A model generated the notes under the pieces. It saw only the letters and a list, made by a program, of their open reading frames with translations. It was not told the DNA's origin and did no database searches. Both the position numbers and the translations under genes were made by a program. A DNA stretch of 64,000 bases from Candidatus Dormiibacterota bacterium (lineage in GTDB: Bacteria > Chloroflexota > Dormibacteria > Aeolococcales > Aeolococcaceae), in contig CAWCZS010000002.1 of NCBI GenBank assembly GCA_963800175.1, positions 2,393,382 to 2,457,381 of the forward strand, written 5' to 3'. Positions 30,389 through 40,274 of the stretch are shown here, in pieces. How positions within the stretch are numbered: position 1 is the first letter of the stretch; each line of letters starts with the position of its first letter.

Positions 30389-31159
30389 ATGACCATGGAA
30401 ACCCCGTCGCCTCACTGGCCGGCAACCCGGAATGACCCGGTGGCGGGCGAAGGCGGCGCGAAAGCCCTCGTATCGCCGATCCTGGTAGTCGAGGATGATC
30501 AGACCACCTGCGATGTCGTCCGGGCATACCTCGAGAGCGCGGGGCATCGTGTCGTCGTGTGCCGCACAGGCGGTGAGGCGCTCGGCTTTGTCCATCAGAC
30601 GCAGCCGCGCTGCGTCATCCTCGACGTGATGCTTCCCGGCAAGGACGGATTTGCGATCTGCGAGGAGATTCGGAGCGCCGGCTCGATTGTTCCGATCCTG
30701 TTTCTCAGCGCGCGCAGTGACGAGCCAGACCGGGTCGGCGGACTTCGCGTCGGAGCTGACGACTACCTCGTCAAGCCATTCAGCCCCCGCGAGCTCGTCG
30801 CGCGAGTCGAGGCGCTCCTCCGCAGATCAGAGATCGGTCCTCGCCCCCCGGCAGTCTTGACGCTCGGCAATCTGGAGCTCTCACCCACGCAGCATGAGGT
30901 AGCGGTCGAAGGGAAACCGGTCGCGCTGACGCACGTCGAATTCGGACTTCTCGCCGCGATGATGGAGCGACCCGGCTGGGTTCTCACCCGCAGTCAGCTT
31001 ATCGACCGGCTGTACGCGGGCGATCGCCTCCCGGCGTTGGAGCGGACGGTCGACGTTCACGTGTTTCGGCTCCGCGAGAAGCTCGTTGCGGCACAGTCGA
31101 ATGCGGCTATCGCGACTATCCGCGGGGTCGGATACAAGATCACAGCCGAGAGCCGCTGA
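30389..31159 (+). CDS. OmpR-family response regulator
   Basis: Receiver domain (ILVVEDD...ILDVMLPGKDG...LSARSDE...GADDYLVKPF) plus a winged-helix output domain (LTHVEFGLL...IATIRGVGYKI). The true start may lie downstream of 30389. Confidence 0.9.
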   Translation: MTMETPSPHWPATRNDPVAGEGGAKALVSPILVVEDDQTTCDVVRAYLESAGHRVVVCRTGGEALGFVHQTQPRCVILDVMLPGKDGFAICEEIRSAGSIVPILFLSARSDEPDRVGGLRVGADDYLVKPFSPRELVARVEALLRRSEIGPRPPAVLTLGNLELSPTQHEVAVEGKPVALTHVEFGLLAAMMERPGWVLTRSQLIDRLYAGDRLPALERTVDVHVFRLREKLVAAQSNAAIATIRGVGYKITAESR

Positions 31160-31161
31160 CC

Positions 31162-32361
31162 ATGGCTCACATCCAGCGAAATCGTCCCTGGGCATGGCTT
31201 CTACGGGGGTGGAGTGCGCTGGGCCTGCGTTGGCAACTCGTCGCACTCAATATCCTTGTCATAGCAGTGACCGTGATCCTGATCATCGTGTTGATGCACA
31301 ACATTGCCCAGCAGCAATTCATGGTCATCATGCACGCCGCTGGGCAGCCCGTCGATCCCGCCGCAGGTCAGCGCGCATACGATGCTGCTGTCGAGGCTCA
31401 GATATACCCAACCATTGCTGTCGCAGCTGTCGTCGCTGTCGGTCTCAGCTTTCTGGCCGTAACCCTCGCGCTGAGGCCATTGTCAGCCGTCAGTGAGGCG
31501 ACACAACGGATGGCTCGGGGCGCCACGCCCGCCATCGTTGCAACAAATCGTCGCGATGAGATTGGCGGCGTTGCGGACTCCGTCAATGCGCTCGCGCAAT
31601 CCCTGCAGCGCCTCGAGGAACTGCGGCGTCAGGTCACCAACGATGTCGCTCACGAGTTGCGGACGCCTTTGCACAATCTTCTGGGACTGATCGAGGGCAT
31701 GCGTGATGGTGTCATCCCGGTCACGCCTGCACGATTGCAACAAGCGCACGGGGAAGTAGGCCGTCTCATTGCATTGGTGGAAGACCTGCGAGGCCTTTCC
31801 GACGCGCAGCTGGCAAGCGACCGGATGACACGCGAACCGCTCGACCTCGAATTCGTCGTGCGGAATGCGGTTGCCGGGTTTGGCGCCCGCATGGCTCAGC
31901 GTGACCTCACCTGGGAGATCGCGCCTCCGGGCAATGAGTTTGTGGTGGAAGGCGACGCAGGACGGGTTAGTCAGGTCGTCAGCAACATCGTCGATAACGC
32001 GATACGGTATGCCAGCGCGGGCACCATGATTCGCATCACGCTCGTCCGCCGCGGCGCCTGCGTCCGCGTCACCATCCACAACGCCGGCGCGAGCATTGAG
32101 GACACCGCACTCCCGCACATCTTTGAACGCTTCTTCCGCGCCGACCCGAGCCGCACGCGCGGCAGCGGTGGCGCTGGCATCGGGCTCGCTATCGTCAAAG
32201 AACTCGTCACCGCCCACGGTGGCGACGTCGGCGCGAACAACGACGCCGACGGCGTGACGGTTTGGTTCGAGTTGCCGCTTCAGGAATCCGACGCCCAAGA
32301 GATCATTCGCGCAGATCCCCCACGCACAGTCACATCGCTCGACGCCGCCACCAGAGCGTAA
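31162..32361 (+). CDS. Sensor histidine kinase (HAMP-HisKA-HATPase)
   Basis: Two TM helices, a HAMP region, H-box VAHELRTPL, N-box DNAIRY and G-boxes GGAGIGLAIV. It starts 3 nt after the regulator gene ends. Confidence 0.9.
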   Translation: MAHIQRNRPWAWLLRGWSALGLRWQLVALNILVIAVTVILIIVLMHNIAQQQFMVIMHAAGQPVDPAAGQRAYDAAVEAQIYPTIAVAAVVAVGLSFLAVTLALRPLSAVSEATQRMARGATPAIVATNRRDEIGGVADSVNALAQSLQRLEELRRQVTNDVAHELRTPLHNLLGLIEGMRDGVIPVTPARLQQAHGEVGRLIALVEDLRGLSDAQLASDRMTREPLDLEFVVRNAVAGFGARMAQRDLTWEIAPPGNEFVVEGDAGRVSQVVSNIVDNAIRYASAGTMIRITLVRRGACVRVTIHNAGASIEDTALPHIFERFFRADPSRTRGSGGAGIGLAIVKELVTAHGGDVGANNDADGVTVWFELPLQESDAQEIIRADPPRTVTSLDAATRA

Positions 32362-32427
32362 ACACACCGCAACGGCATCAGCGTTAGCACAGAGCTGGCG
32401 AACACGCCCAACCGAATGGCGGAAGAC

Positions 32428-33777
32428 TCACTCCTTCAACGTTGGTTCCGGGGGTCGCGAAGGCCAGCGCACCTCAGGGATCGGCGCAATCGATTTGATC
32501 TGGCCATCATCGCCGCGGACGAGTTTCCATCCGCCCTCATGAACGAGCCAGTGATGGCGGTGGCACAACAGCACCAGGTTGTCGAGATCGGTCGGCCCGC
32601 CGTGCGCCCAGTGTTTGATGTGGTGTGCCGCGGTCCAAGAGGCGGGACGGTCGCATCCCGGCCACGCACACCCACCGTGGCGCGCATGCAGCGCGCGTCG
32701 CGTGGGTCCGGACGGCAGCCTGCGCGCGCGACCAACATCGACCACCGCAGAATCCGGCCCGAGCAGTACGCGAGTGACACTGGCATCGCAGGCGAGGCGC
32801 TGCACAGTAGGCGTGGCGATCGGTCCCGCCCGCTCGAGCATCCCTGCCGGAGCGCCGGCGGTTCCGACCAGGGTGTCCAGGCTGGTCGTGACCTGGAGGT
32901 GTGGACGCTGCCCGCCAACGCGCGGCAGGATCGCCTCATCGAGCGCATGCCCGGCGAGCTCGACGAGAGCATCGGCGTAGCGACGTTCGCGTGTCCGATC
33001 GTCATCGCTCCCCGCCCGGCGCGCGAGTGAGTCAAGGGCGGTGCACAACGACGCACCGCCGACTGGATCGAGGAATCCCTTGATGAAGACGGCTCCGCCT
33101 TCGCCAGTGCGCACTTCGAGGGTGCGATGCTCCACGTCCACGCGTTGTTCCGCTTGGAAGGCCTCCGTGTCGTGTGCGTGACGCACATGCGCGCAATCGG
33201 TCCGAAATCGGCCCAAATCGTGCGTCATCGCCTGCTGCAGCAACGGCTGTTCCTCGAATGGCGTCGCGGTTGGAGACTCGTGAAACACCCGCGCCGTGCC
33301 GGCCATCAACGCGAGGTGCGCAAAGCCGAGTTTGCCCTCATCCACCGCCGCGACACTCTCGGCGAGCACCTCGGCATGTGATCCCACGGCGATCGCGCTC
33401 GCTGCGGCCGAGGAGGTCATCCCACACTCCACGCGGAGCCACTGTGAAGGACTGAGACATCCCTGCCACTCATCCTCCTCGGTATCGGCAAATGCCCCCG
33501 CGAGAGCCGCGAACTCCAACTCGATCCGATCGATGATCCGGCGCAGGCGGCTCAGATCGCCCCGCAGCGATTCAGGCGTATTCGTTCGCAAGCGCCGCCG
33601 AACACAGTCGGCCGCCGTGGCGAGACGTCCGATCTCGTCGTCCGGGCCGCCTTCATCGTCAGCGCGACTATACATTTCTGTAGCATACACTAATCCGTAT
33701 AACTTCTCGCGAACGGGCGACCCCCCGCGTGGTCCCAAAACAGTGGTGACCAACGGCACTAGACGCAGCGGTACCAC
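32428..33777 (-). CDS. DUF222 / HNH endonuclease-domain protein
   Basis: 449 aa with the typical actinobacterial DUF222 N-terminus and an HNH C-terminus (CAWPGCDRPASWTAAHHIKHWAHGGPTDLDNLVLLCHRHHWLVHEGGW). Confidence 0.85.
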   Translation of the reverse strand: MVPLRLVPLVTTVLGPRGGSPVREKLYGLVYATEMYSRADDEGGPDDEIGRLATAADCVRRRLRTNTPESLRGDLSRLRRIIDRIELEFAALAGAFADTEEDEWQGCLSPSQWLRVECGMTSSAAASAIAVGSHAEVLAESVAAVDEGKLGFAHLALMAGTARVFHESPTATPFEEQPLLQQAMTHDLGRFRTDCAHVRHAHDTEAFQAEQRVDVEHRTLEVRTGEGGAVFIKGFLDPVGGASLCTALDSLARRAGSDDDRTRERRYADALVELAGHALDEAILPRVGGQRPHLQVTTSLDTLVGTAGAPAGMLERAGPIATPTVQRLACDASVTRVLLGPDSAVVDVGRARRLPSGPTRRALHARHGGCAWPGCDRPASWTAAHHIKHWAHGGPTDLDNLVLLCHRHHWLVHEGGWKLVRGDDGQIKSIAPIPEVRWPSRPPEPTLKE

Positions 33778-33810
33778 GTGGTCACGCTCAGGTCAAATGG
33801 AGGACAGAGT

Positions 33811-34903
33811 ATGAAAGCACTCGTCTATCACGGACCGGGGCGGATGGCGTGGGAAGACACGCCGAAGCCGGGAATCTCAGCGCCTACCGACGCAATCGTT
33901 CGCGTCGACGCGACAACAATTTGCGGGACCGATCTTCACATCATGAAGGGCGATCTTCCCGCCACGAAAGACGGACGCATCCTCGGCCACGAAGCCGTCG
34001 GTACGGTCGAATCGGTCGGGTCGGCGGTGAAGAACGTCAAGCCCGGCGACAGGGTATTGGTGTCCTGCGTCAGCGCGTGCGGTACGTGCCGCTTCTGTCG
34101 CGAAGGACGCTACGGACAATGCCTCGGCGGCGGCGGATGGATCCTCGGGTACATGATCGACGGAACACAGGCGGAATACGTGCGCGTGCCCTTCGCGGAC
34201 ACATCGACGTACCCGGTTCCGGACGGCGTGGCCGACGAGGATCTGTTGATGCTCGCGGACATCCTGCCAACGAGCTACGAAGTTGGTGTGCTCAATGGAC
34301 ATATCAGCCCAGGCGATGTCGTCGCGATTGTCGGCGCAGGCCCGATCGGGTTGTCCGCGATGATGACCGCGCGACTGTTCAGCCCTTCGCATATCGTCGC
34401 AATTGACCTTGCTGACACCAGGCTCGAGGCAGCCAAGCGGTTCGGCGCGGACGTCGTGGTCAACAGCGGGCGTGACGATCCTTTGAAGGTTGTGCAGAAG
34501 TTGACGGACGGACTCGGTGCCGACGTCGCCATCGAGGCGGTCGGAATTCCCAGCCACGTTCGAGCTTGCGACAGCGCTCGTCCGTCCCGGAGGACGCATC
34601 GCGAACATCGGCGTGCACGGCAAGCCGGCAACGCTCCATCTCGAAACACTCTGGACGCGCGACGTGACCATCACCACGGGGCTGGTCGACACGTTCAGCA
34701 CGCCGACGCTGATCCGTCTGCTCGCGGGTGGGCAGCTCAACACATCGGTGTTCGTCACACAGCGATTCGCGATTGACGACATGATGGCCGCGTACGACAC
34801 ATTCGGCCGTGCCGCTGAGACCGGCGCGCTCAAGGTTGTGCTCACCGCAGGGGCGACGTCACCAAACGGAAGGGTTGCGGCACTGGCGGGCGCGACGGCG
34901 TAA
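33811..34903 (+). CDS. Zn-dependent alcohol dehydrogenase (MDR family); apparent frameshift near 34548
   Basis: MKALVYHGPG...CGTDLHI...GHEAVG...CGTCRFCREG...VAIVGAGPIGL up to AIEAVGIP. It then continues in the frame of ORF 34517-34903 (ATFELATALVRPGGRIANIGVHG...ALKVVL). An RBS (GGAGGA) lies upstream of the ATG at 33811. Confidence 0.85.
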
Positions 34904-35029
34904 GCCACGGGATCACCCGGATCAAGGGGACTGCGCATTCACACGTGGTCCTCTTGATTGTTGTCTGCCTTCGGAGCGCGGCCCACGAGAGAGGCACCGC
35001 ACACACGCCAGGCGGTGCGGCCGTGCCGG

Positions 35030-36784
35030 CTAAACGGCCGGTTCGACCGCCTCGGGACGCCCCACGGCGCGCGCCGCTGACGGCCGCGCAGGACTTGCCC
35101 CGCGCAACCACGACGCTGTCGCACCAACCAGCATCATGATCACCGAGAACGCGAACGTGATGTGCATGCCAACGATGAACGGGTCGCTGATCAGGTTCGG
35201 AAAGAACGTCTGCCCCGACAGGTATGCCGCCTGACTCGCACTCAGCGTGTGCAGTGAAGGCCCAAGCAGTGTCGTCATCGGGTTGTACCCGAGGAACGCG
35301 GCGAACAGCGACCCAACCGGCGGCAGATTCGCCACCTGGTGCGCGACGGTCGCGGACACTCCATGCGCCGTCAAGCCGGAAAACATCGTTGACGGCAACG
35401 TCGAGCTGAGCCCCGCGATCATCAGCGAGAAGAAGATGCCGATCGACAGCGTCATGCCGCTGTTCTGGAACGTCGCCAGCATTCCCGACGCAACGCCGCG
35501 GCGGTCTGCCGGCACCGAGTTCATGACGCCGGCCGTATTCGGCGCGACGAACATGCCCATCGACACGCCGACCAGGAACAGCAGCAACGCAAACGGCAGA
35601 TACGAGAAGTTGGCCGGCAGGAACATGAGCAACCCGAAGCCGATGGCGGAACAGATCATCCCCGCCGTCGCGAAACCGCGCGACCCGAGACGGTCCGACA
35701 GGAATCCCGACGATGGTCCGCCGATGAGGAACCCCGCTGTCAAAGGCAACATGAAAATCGCGGCCCAGAACGGCGTCGATTCGTAGCTGTATCCGTGCAG
35801 AGGCAACCAGATGCCTTGCAGCCAGATGATCACCATGAACATCAGCCCGCCGCGTCCGACCGAGCTCAACAGGGCAGCGACGGTGCCGAACGTGAAACCA
35901 CGGATGCGGAACAGGCTCACGCGGAACATCGGCTCCGCGACACGGGTCTCGACGACCACAAACACAACAAGCAGCGCGGCGCCACCGATGATGCCCGCCA
36001 GCACTGACGGATTGGTCCAGCCCATCGAATGACCGCCGTAGGGCTGGATCCCATACGTGATCCCGACGAGGACCGAGACAAGGCCGACGGCGAAGAGCAC
36101 GTTGCCCCACCAGTCGACACGCGAGCGCTTCACGATCCCGGTCTCACGGAGCTTGAGGTATGCCCACCCGGTGCCGAACAAGCCCACAGGCACCGAGACC
36201 AGGAACACAAGATGCCAGTCCGTGGTGCTCAGCAGACCACCCACGATCAGGCCGATGAAGGACCCGGACACCGCGGCAACCGCGTTGATCCCGAGCGCCA
36301 TGCCGCGCTCCTTCTGCGGAAACGCGTCGGTGAGAATCGCCGTCGAGCAGGCGAAGATCATTGCGCCGCCAACGCCCTGAATCAGGCGGAAAAAGATCAA
36401 CTCCAGGGCAGCACTCGGGCCAGTCGAGAACACGAGCGACAGCAGAATCGACCCCACCGTGAACACGAGAAAACCGAGGTTGTACAAGCGAACTCGGCCG
36501 AACATGTCGCCGATCCGCCCGAGGCTCACCACCAGCACGGCGGTGACGACCATGTATCCCATGATCATCCAGAGCAGATAGCTGACATTGCCAGGGACGA
36601 GCGGATTCAGCTTGATGCCGCGGAAGATCGCCGGCAGCGAGATGAGCACGATCGACGAGTTGACCGTCGCCATCAGCATGCCGATGGTCGTGTTGGAAAG
36701 CGCGACCCACTTATAGCGAGGACCAACCTCGCCGTGTTTGCGCGAGGTCTTGGGGGCCGGGGTCGGGACTTCCGTTGTGGTCAC
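35030..36784 (-). CDS. MFS transporter, DHA2/EmrB-like (14 TMS)
   Basis: 584 aa, polytopic throughout, with an N-terminal [27 protein letters not shown] motif typical of DHA2 drug:H+ antiporters. Confidence 0.9.
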   Translation of the reverse strand: MTTTEVPTPAPKTSRKHGEVGPRYKWVALSNTTIGMLMATVNSSIVLISLPAIFRGIKLNPLVPGNVSYLLWMIMGYMVVTAVLVVSLGRIGDMFGRVRLYNLGFLVFTVGSILLSLVFSTGPSAALELIFFRLIQGVGGAMIFACSTAILTDAFPQKERGMALGINAVAAVSGSFIGLIVGGLLSTTDWHLVFLVSVPVGLFGTGWAYLKLRETGIVKRSRVDWWGNVLFAVGLVSVLVGITYGIQPYGGHSMGWTNPSVLAGIIGGAALLVVFVVVETRVAEPMFRVSLFRIRGFTFGTVAALLSSVGRGGLMFMVIIWLQGIWLPLHGYSYESTPFWAAIFMLPLTAGFLIGGPSSGFLSDRLGSRGFATAGMICSAIGFGLLMFLPANFSYLPFALLLFLVGVSMGMFVAPNTAGVMNSVPADRRGVASGMLATFQNSGMTLSIGIFFSLMIAGLSSTLPSTMFSGLTAHGVSATVAHQVANLPPVGSLFAAFLGYNPMTTLLGPSLHTLSASQAAYLSGQTFFPNLISDPFIVGMHITFAFSVIMMLVGATASWLRGASPARPSAARAVGRPEAVEPAV

Positions 36785-37455
36785 GCGGCCGGCTGCGCCT
36801 GCTTCTCGAGTTCACGGCGCTCACGCTCGCGCTGCCAGACCCGAACACTCTCGAGGTCGAGCGGAAGTCGATCCCGCTTGAGTTCGGCAACGTTGGGATT
36901 GCGCGCCATCCAAACGAAATGCTGCCACAGATCCAGTGCGGCGTCATCGTCCGGAATCTCGCTGATGACGGGTCCGAACATGTGCGGCCCATGACCGCCG
37001 TCGAGCACGATCGTCGGCACGCCGAACGCCTTGTGCACGGTTACCGCCTCATCGTGCTCGCGCTGCACGGCCTCCCACGTCGACGGATCGTCAAGGGCTT
37101 GCTGGAGCAGTTCCGGCTCGACGCCCGCCTCACGAAGCGATGCTTCGATCACCGCATGGTCGTCGAGCGAAAGGCCGCGCTGATGGCGCGCGTCACTGAG
37201 CGCCTTGTAGAACGCGCCGACGGCGGCGTTGCCGTGTGCGGCGCGAACGGCGATGGCGGTGCGGAGGGACGGCGCGGACCCGGTGTCCGCAGCCGCCCGC
37301 CCCTTTTCATCACCGTTGACGATGGCCAGCGAGAACACGCGCCATTGGACATCGAGCACACCCAGCTCTTCGAGACGTCGCGCCCAGCGAGACGTCTGAT
37401 AGCACCAGGGGCACAGCGGGTCGAAATAGAAGCGAATGCTCTCAGTCATCGTCAT
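36781..37455 (-). CDS. DsbA-family thioredoxin-fold oxidoreductase
   Basis: Internal ATG ([24 protein letters not shown]) gives a CPWC active site. The stop overlaps the MFS start by 4 nt. The upstream part of the 329-aa ORF is Ser/Arg-rich and belongs to the YceI gene in another frame. Confidence 0.8.
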   Translation of the reverse strand: MTMTESIRFYFDPLCPWCYQTSRWARRLEELGVLDVQWRVFSLAIVNGDEKGRAAADTGSAPSLRTAIAVRAAHGNAAVGAFYKALSDARHQRGLSLDDHAVIEASLREAGVEPELLQQALDDPSTWEAVQREHDEAVTVHKAFGVPTIVLDGGHGPHMFGPVISEIPDDDAALDLWQHFVWMARNPNVAELKRDRLPLDLESVRVWQRERERRELEKQAQPAA

Positions 37456-37474
37456 AAACCTCTTGGTCTGAATG

Positions 37475-38046
37475 CTACGCGGTCGCTCCCGCAGCGGCCG
37501 CTTCCGGCTGTGCTTCGGCAGGCTTGTCCTGGCCGAGCTCGCCGTCGATCTCCAGCTTGACTTTCTCGCCGACGAGTAGCCCGCCGCCGCCGAGCGGAAC
37601 GTTCCAGACGAGGCCCCAGTCGGCGCGGGTGATGGTACCGGTGAGCGTTCCACCGACCTTGGTGTTGCCGTACGGGTCCTGGACCGATCCGCTGTGCTCG
37701 TAGTCGAGGACGATCTCGTGCGTGATGTCCTTGATCGTGAGATCACCGGTGACTTTGAAGTGGTCGCCATCTGGGGTGATCGACTTCAGGGTGAAGACGA
37801 TCTCCGGGTACTTTTCGACGTCGAGGAAAGTCCGCGCTCTTCGAGGTGCCCGTCGCGCATCTCGGAGTTCGTCGTGATGCTCGCGGACTTGATGGTGATG
37901 GTGCCGCTGCCGGTCGTCGGATCGTTGGGATCGTCAAGCTCGAGGGCGGCGGTCACATCCGTGAAGCTCCCACGGACGGTGGCAACGCCGAGGTGCTTCG
38001 CACTGAAGCTGACTGCGGTGTGATGCGGGTCAAGACTCCACGTCAT
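37475..38046 (-). CDS. YceI-family protein; apparent frameshift near 37840
   Basis: MTWSLDPHHTAVSFSAKHLGVATVRGSF...SASITTNSEMRDGHL, then continues in another frame (FLDVEKYPEIVFTLKSITPDGDHFKVTGDLTIKDITHEIVLDYEH...WNVPLGGGGLLVGEKVKLEIDGEL, stop 37475-37477). Confidence 0.8.
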
Positions 38047-38210
38047 TGCGTGTACTCCTTGAATGCCAGGAGTGCCCCGGGCGGCCTCGGACGTGAATCT
38101 GTCCGATACCCGCATCATGAAATAAAGTGCTATAGTTTGTCAAGTGAGATTCCACCCAAACTTCTCGCGGCCTCGGGTTAAGATCTGGAGCGGGATGGAG
38201 GAACGACCAC

Positions 38211-38570
38211 ATGGATGCTGAACGCGACTATTGCCCGGTTCACGAAGCGATACAGATCCTTCAGGAGAAGTGGACGATGCATATCGTTCGCGCGCTCCTG
38301 GACGGGCCACTCGGCTTCAACGAACTCGGTCGCGCTGTCGGCGGGTGCAACCCCGCGACGCTCAAAGTTCGCCTCGACCGCCTCGAGGATCTCGGACTCG
38401 TGCGGCGTACCGTTCACTCGCAGATGCCGCCGCGCACGTCGTACGAGCTCGCGCCCTCGGGCGTTGACCTGCAGCGAGTGATCGATGCCATCGATGCATG
38501 GGCGCGAGAACATCTGGCAGACCTCAAGCCGGGCGACACTGACGAGGAGCCGGCCGCAGCTGTCGGCTGA
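38211..38570 (+). CDS. HxlR-family transcriptional regulator
   Basis: 119 aa: CPVHEAIQILQEKWTMHIVRALLDGPLGFNELGRAV..ATLKVRLDRLEDLGLVRR. It is divergent from the YceI-DsbA-MFS operon. Confidence 0.85.
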   Translation: MDAERDYCPVHEAIQILQEKWTMHIVRALLDGPLGFNELGRAVGGCNPATLKVRLDRLEDLGLVRRTVHSQMPPRTSYELAPSGVDLQRVIDAIDAWAREHLADLKPGDTDEEPAAAVG

Positions 38571-39735
38571 CCACGCGATCGGGCTCCGTCGCCGGGCCGC
38601 TGCTCGCGGGCGTCGCGGCTCTGGCAGTAGCGTGCGGATCCACGTCGCGACCGAGCCCGAGCGCCAGGCCGCAGCCCACCCCGACAGTCACCGTCACGTC
38701 GACGCCGTCGCCCACCGCCAACCCCTGCGTCGCCCCCTCCAACGAGCCGGCACCGAGCGGGACCATCCCGGCCAACTACGCGACGGCTCTGGCGTTCGCT
38801 CCTGACGGAAGGCTCTTCTGGGCGCAACGTTCCGGCACGGTGCGGGTCTGGCAGAACGGCGCGTCCAGGGTGTTCGCGACCGTGCGGACAGTGACCACAG
38901 AGCGCAACGGCAGCTACAGCGAGCGCGGACTCCTCGGCCTCGCGATCAGCCCGACGTTCATGACGGATCGCTTCGTCTATGCCTTCTACTCCGACGCCAA
39001 CTACACGACACAGCACGTGATCCGCTGGTACGACTGCGACGGCACCGGGATAGACCCGACGATCATCGCCACGTTCCCGTCGGGAAACGACTGCTGCCAC
39101 AAGGGTGGTCGGATTGCGTTCGGACCCGACGGCGAGCTCTACGTCACGCTCGGCGACGAACACGATGCGCCGAGCGCGCAGAACGTCGATGACGTGCGTG
39201 GGAAAGTGCTGCGATACAACCCGGATGGCACCATCCCGTCGGATAACCCCTTCGGAGCCAACAATCCGGTGTGGGCATACGGGTTTCGCAATCCGTTCGG
39301 CATCGCCTTCTCACCGACCGGGCAACTCGCGATCACGATGAACGGCCCGTCCGGCGATGCCGGAAGTCCGCCCACCGGATACGACACGCTCTATCTCAAC
39401 GTGACGCGTGGCGCGCACTACATGTGGCCCGACTGCTATGGCTACAGCCATCCGCTCGCGATGTCGACGTGCGGTGGCGGTCTGGCCCCGAACTGGAGCA
39501 GCGAGACGAGCACGTACGTGCCGACGGGCGCGACCTTCGTCGACGCGGACGGCCCGCCGGCTATGCGGGACACCTCGTGTTCTGCACGTACGACAAGGGC
39601 ATGGCGATCGTCACTGACGGCAGCCCGCACGCGACGGTACAGCTCGGACCATCCGGGTGCCGTCTCGACGTCGTCGAGGGGCCGAATCACGCCCTGTACT
39701 ACTCGGACGAGACGCACATTTACGAGCTGGCGTAG
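38567..39735 (+). CDS. PQQ-dependent sugar (glucose/sorbosone) dehydrogenase-like lipoprotein; apparent frameshift near 39555; start unclear
   Basis: Lipobox-type leader (LLAGVAALAVACGS) is in frame upstream of ORF 38840, but no ATG/GTG/TTG is available. Propeller motifs follow: LAFAPDGRLF, ERGLLGLA, HKGGRIAFGPDG, GKVLRYNPDGTIP, WAYGFRNPFG. The C-terminus (GYAGHLVFCTYDKG...HALYYSDETHIYELA) lies in the frame of ORF 39271-39735. Confidence 0.7.
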
Positions 39736-39910
39736 GCCCTTCGGTTTGAGTGCGCCGAATGGAGCGATTGACCTAATTAGACGCAAATGCCGCGAGTGGA
39801 CTCCGCGCTACACGAACGCCCGGCAACAGCCGCAAAAGTGCAATCGGCGTCACCAAGTCGAAAGGTTCGCGCTCCTAACCTCCGTGTGGACGCATCTGAG
39901 GAGGTTTGCG

Positions 39911-40156
39911 ATGCATCAGGACAACTTCACCGACACTCTCTCGTCCGAAGATCAGCCGCAGCGTCGCAGCTTCGGTGGTCTTGGCCGTGGTCCTGCTGCG
40001 CTCCTGCTCGCTGCGGGTCTGCTCATCGGCGGAGGCATCGGCGGTTTTGTCGCCGCCAGCGCAGCCCACGCCGTTCCCACGTTCACGACGATGGCCTCCT
40101 CGACGCCAGGCGCGGCGCATCCCTGCCCGAACATGGGCAAGTCGACGGCGAACTAG
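39911..40156 (+). CDS. Small exported peptide with a Tat-like signal
   Basis: ATG at 39911 follows GAGGAGG. The product is MHQDNFTDTLSSEDQPQRRSFGGLGRGPAALLLAAGLLIGGGIGGFVAASAAHA / VPTFTTMASSTPGAAHPCPNMGKSTAN. A terminator-like hairpin follows. Confidence 0.45.
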   Translation: MHQDNFTDTLSSEDQPQRRSFGGLGRGPAALLLAAGLLIGGGIGGFVAASAAHAVPTFTTMASSTPGAAHPCPNMGKSTAN

Positions 40157-40217
40157 CTCGACCAGTCACCTCGGGCTCACCGCCCGGAGTGACCCACCTC
40201 AATAGCCTCCCTCCCAA

Positions 40218-40245
40218 GACGGCTCGCCTCCCAAGGCGAGCCGTC
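40218..40245 (+). terminator. Terminator-like hairpin (11-bp perfect stem)
   Basis: GACGGCTCGCC-TCCCAA-GGCGAGCCGTC, about 60 nt after the small ORF stop. There is no clear U-tract. Confidence 0.4.
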
Positions 40246-40274
40246 GCTGTATCCGGCGCGATTACGATCAGCCG

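Noticed and set aside
32428-33777. DUF222-HNH endonuclease as a defence-system or mobile-element marker
   Set aside because: This is a very common stand-alone actinobacterial family. It is a single copy here, with no partner methylase/ATPase and no flanking repeats, so it is treated as an ordinary feature.
35247-36994. Several long plus-strand ORFs (for example 36029-36994)
   Set aside because: They are antisense shadows of the DHA2 MFS and DsbA genes, with Arg/His/Asp-rich composition.
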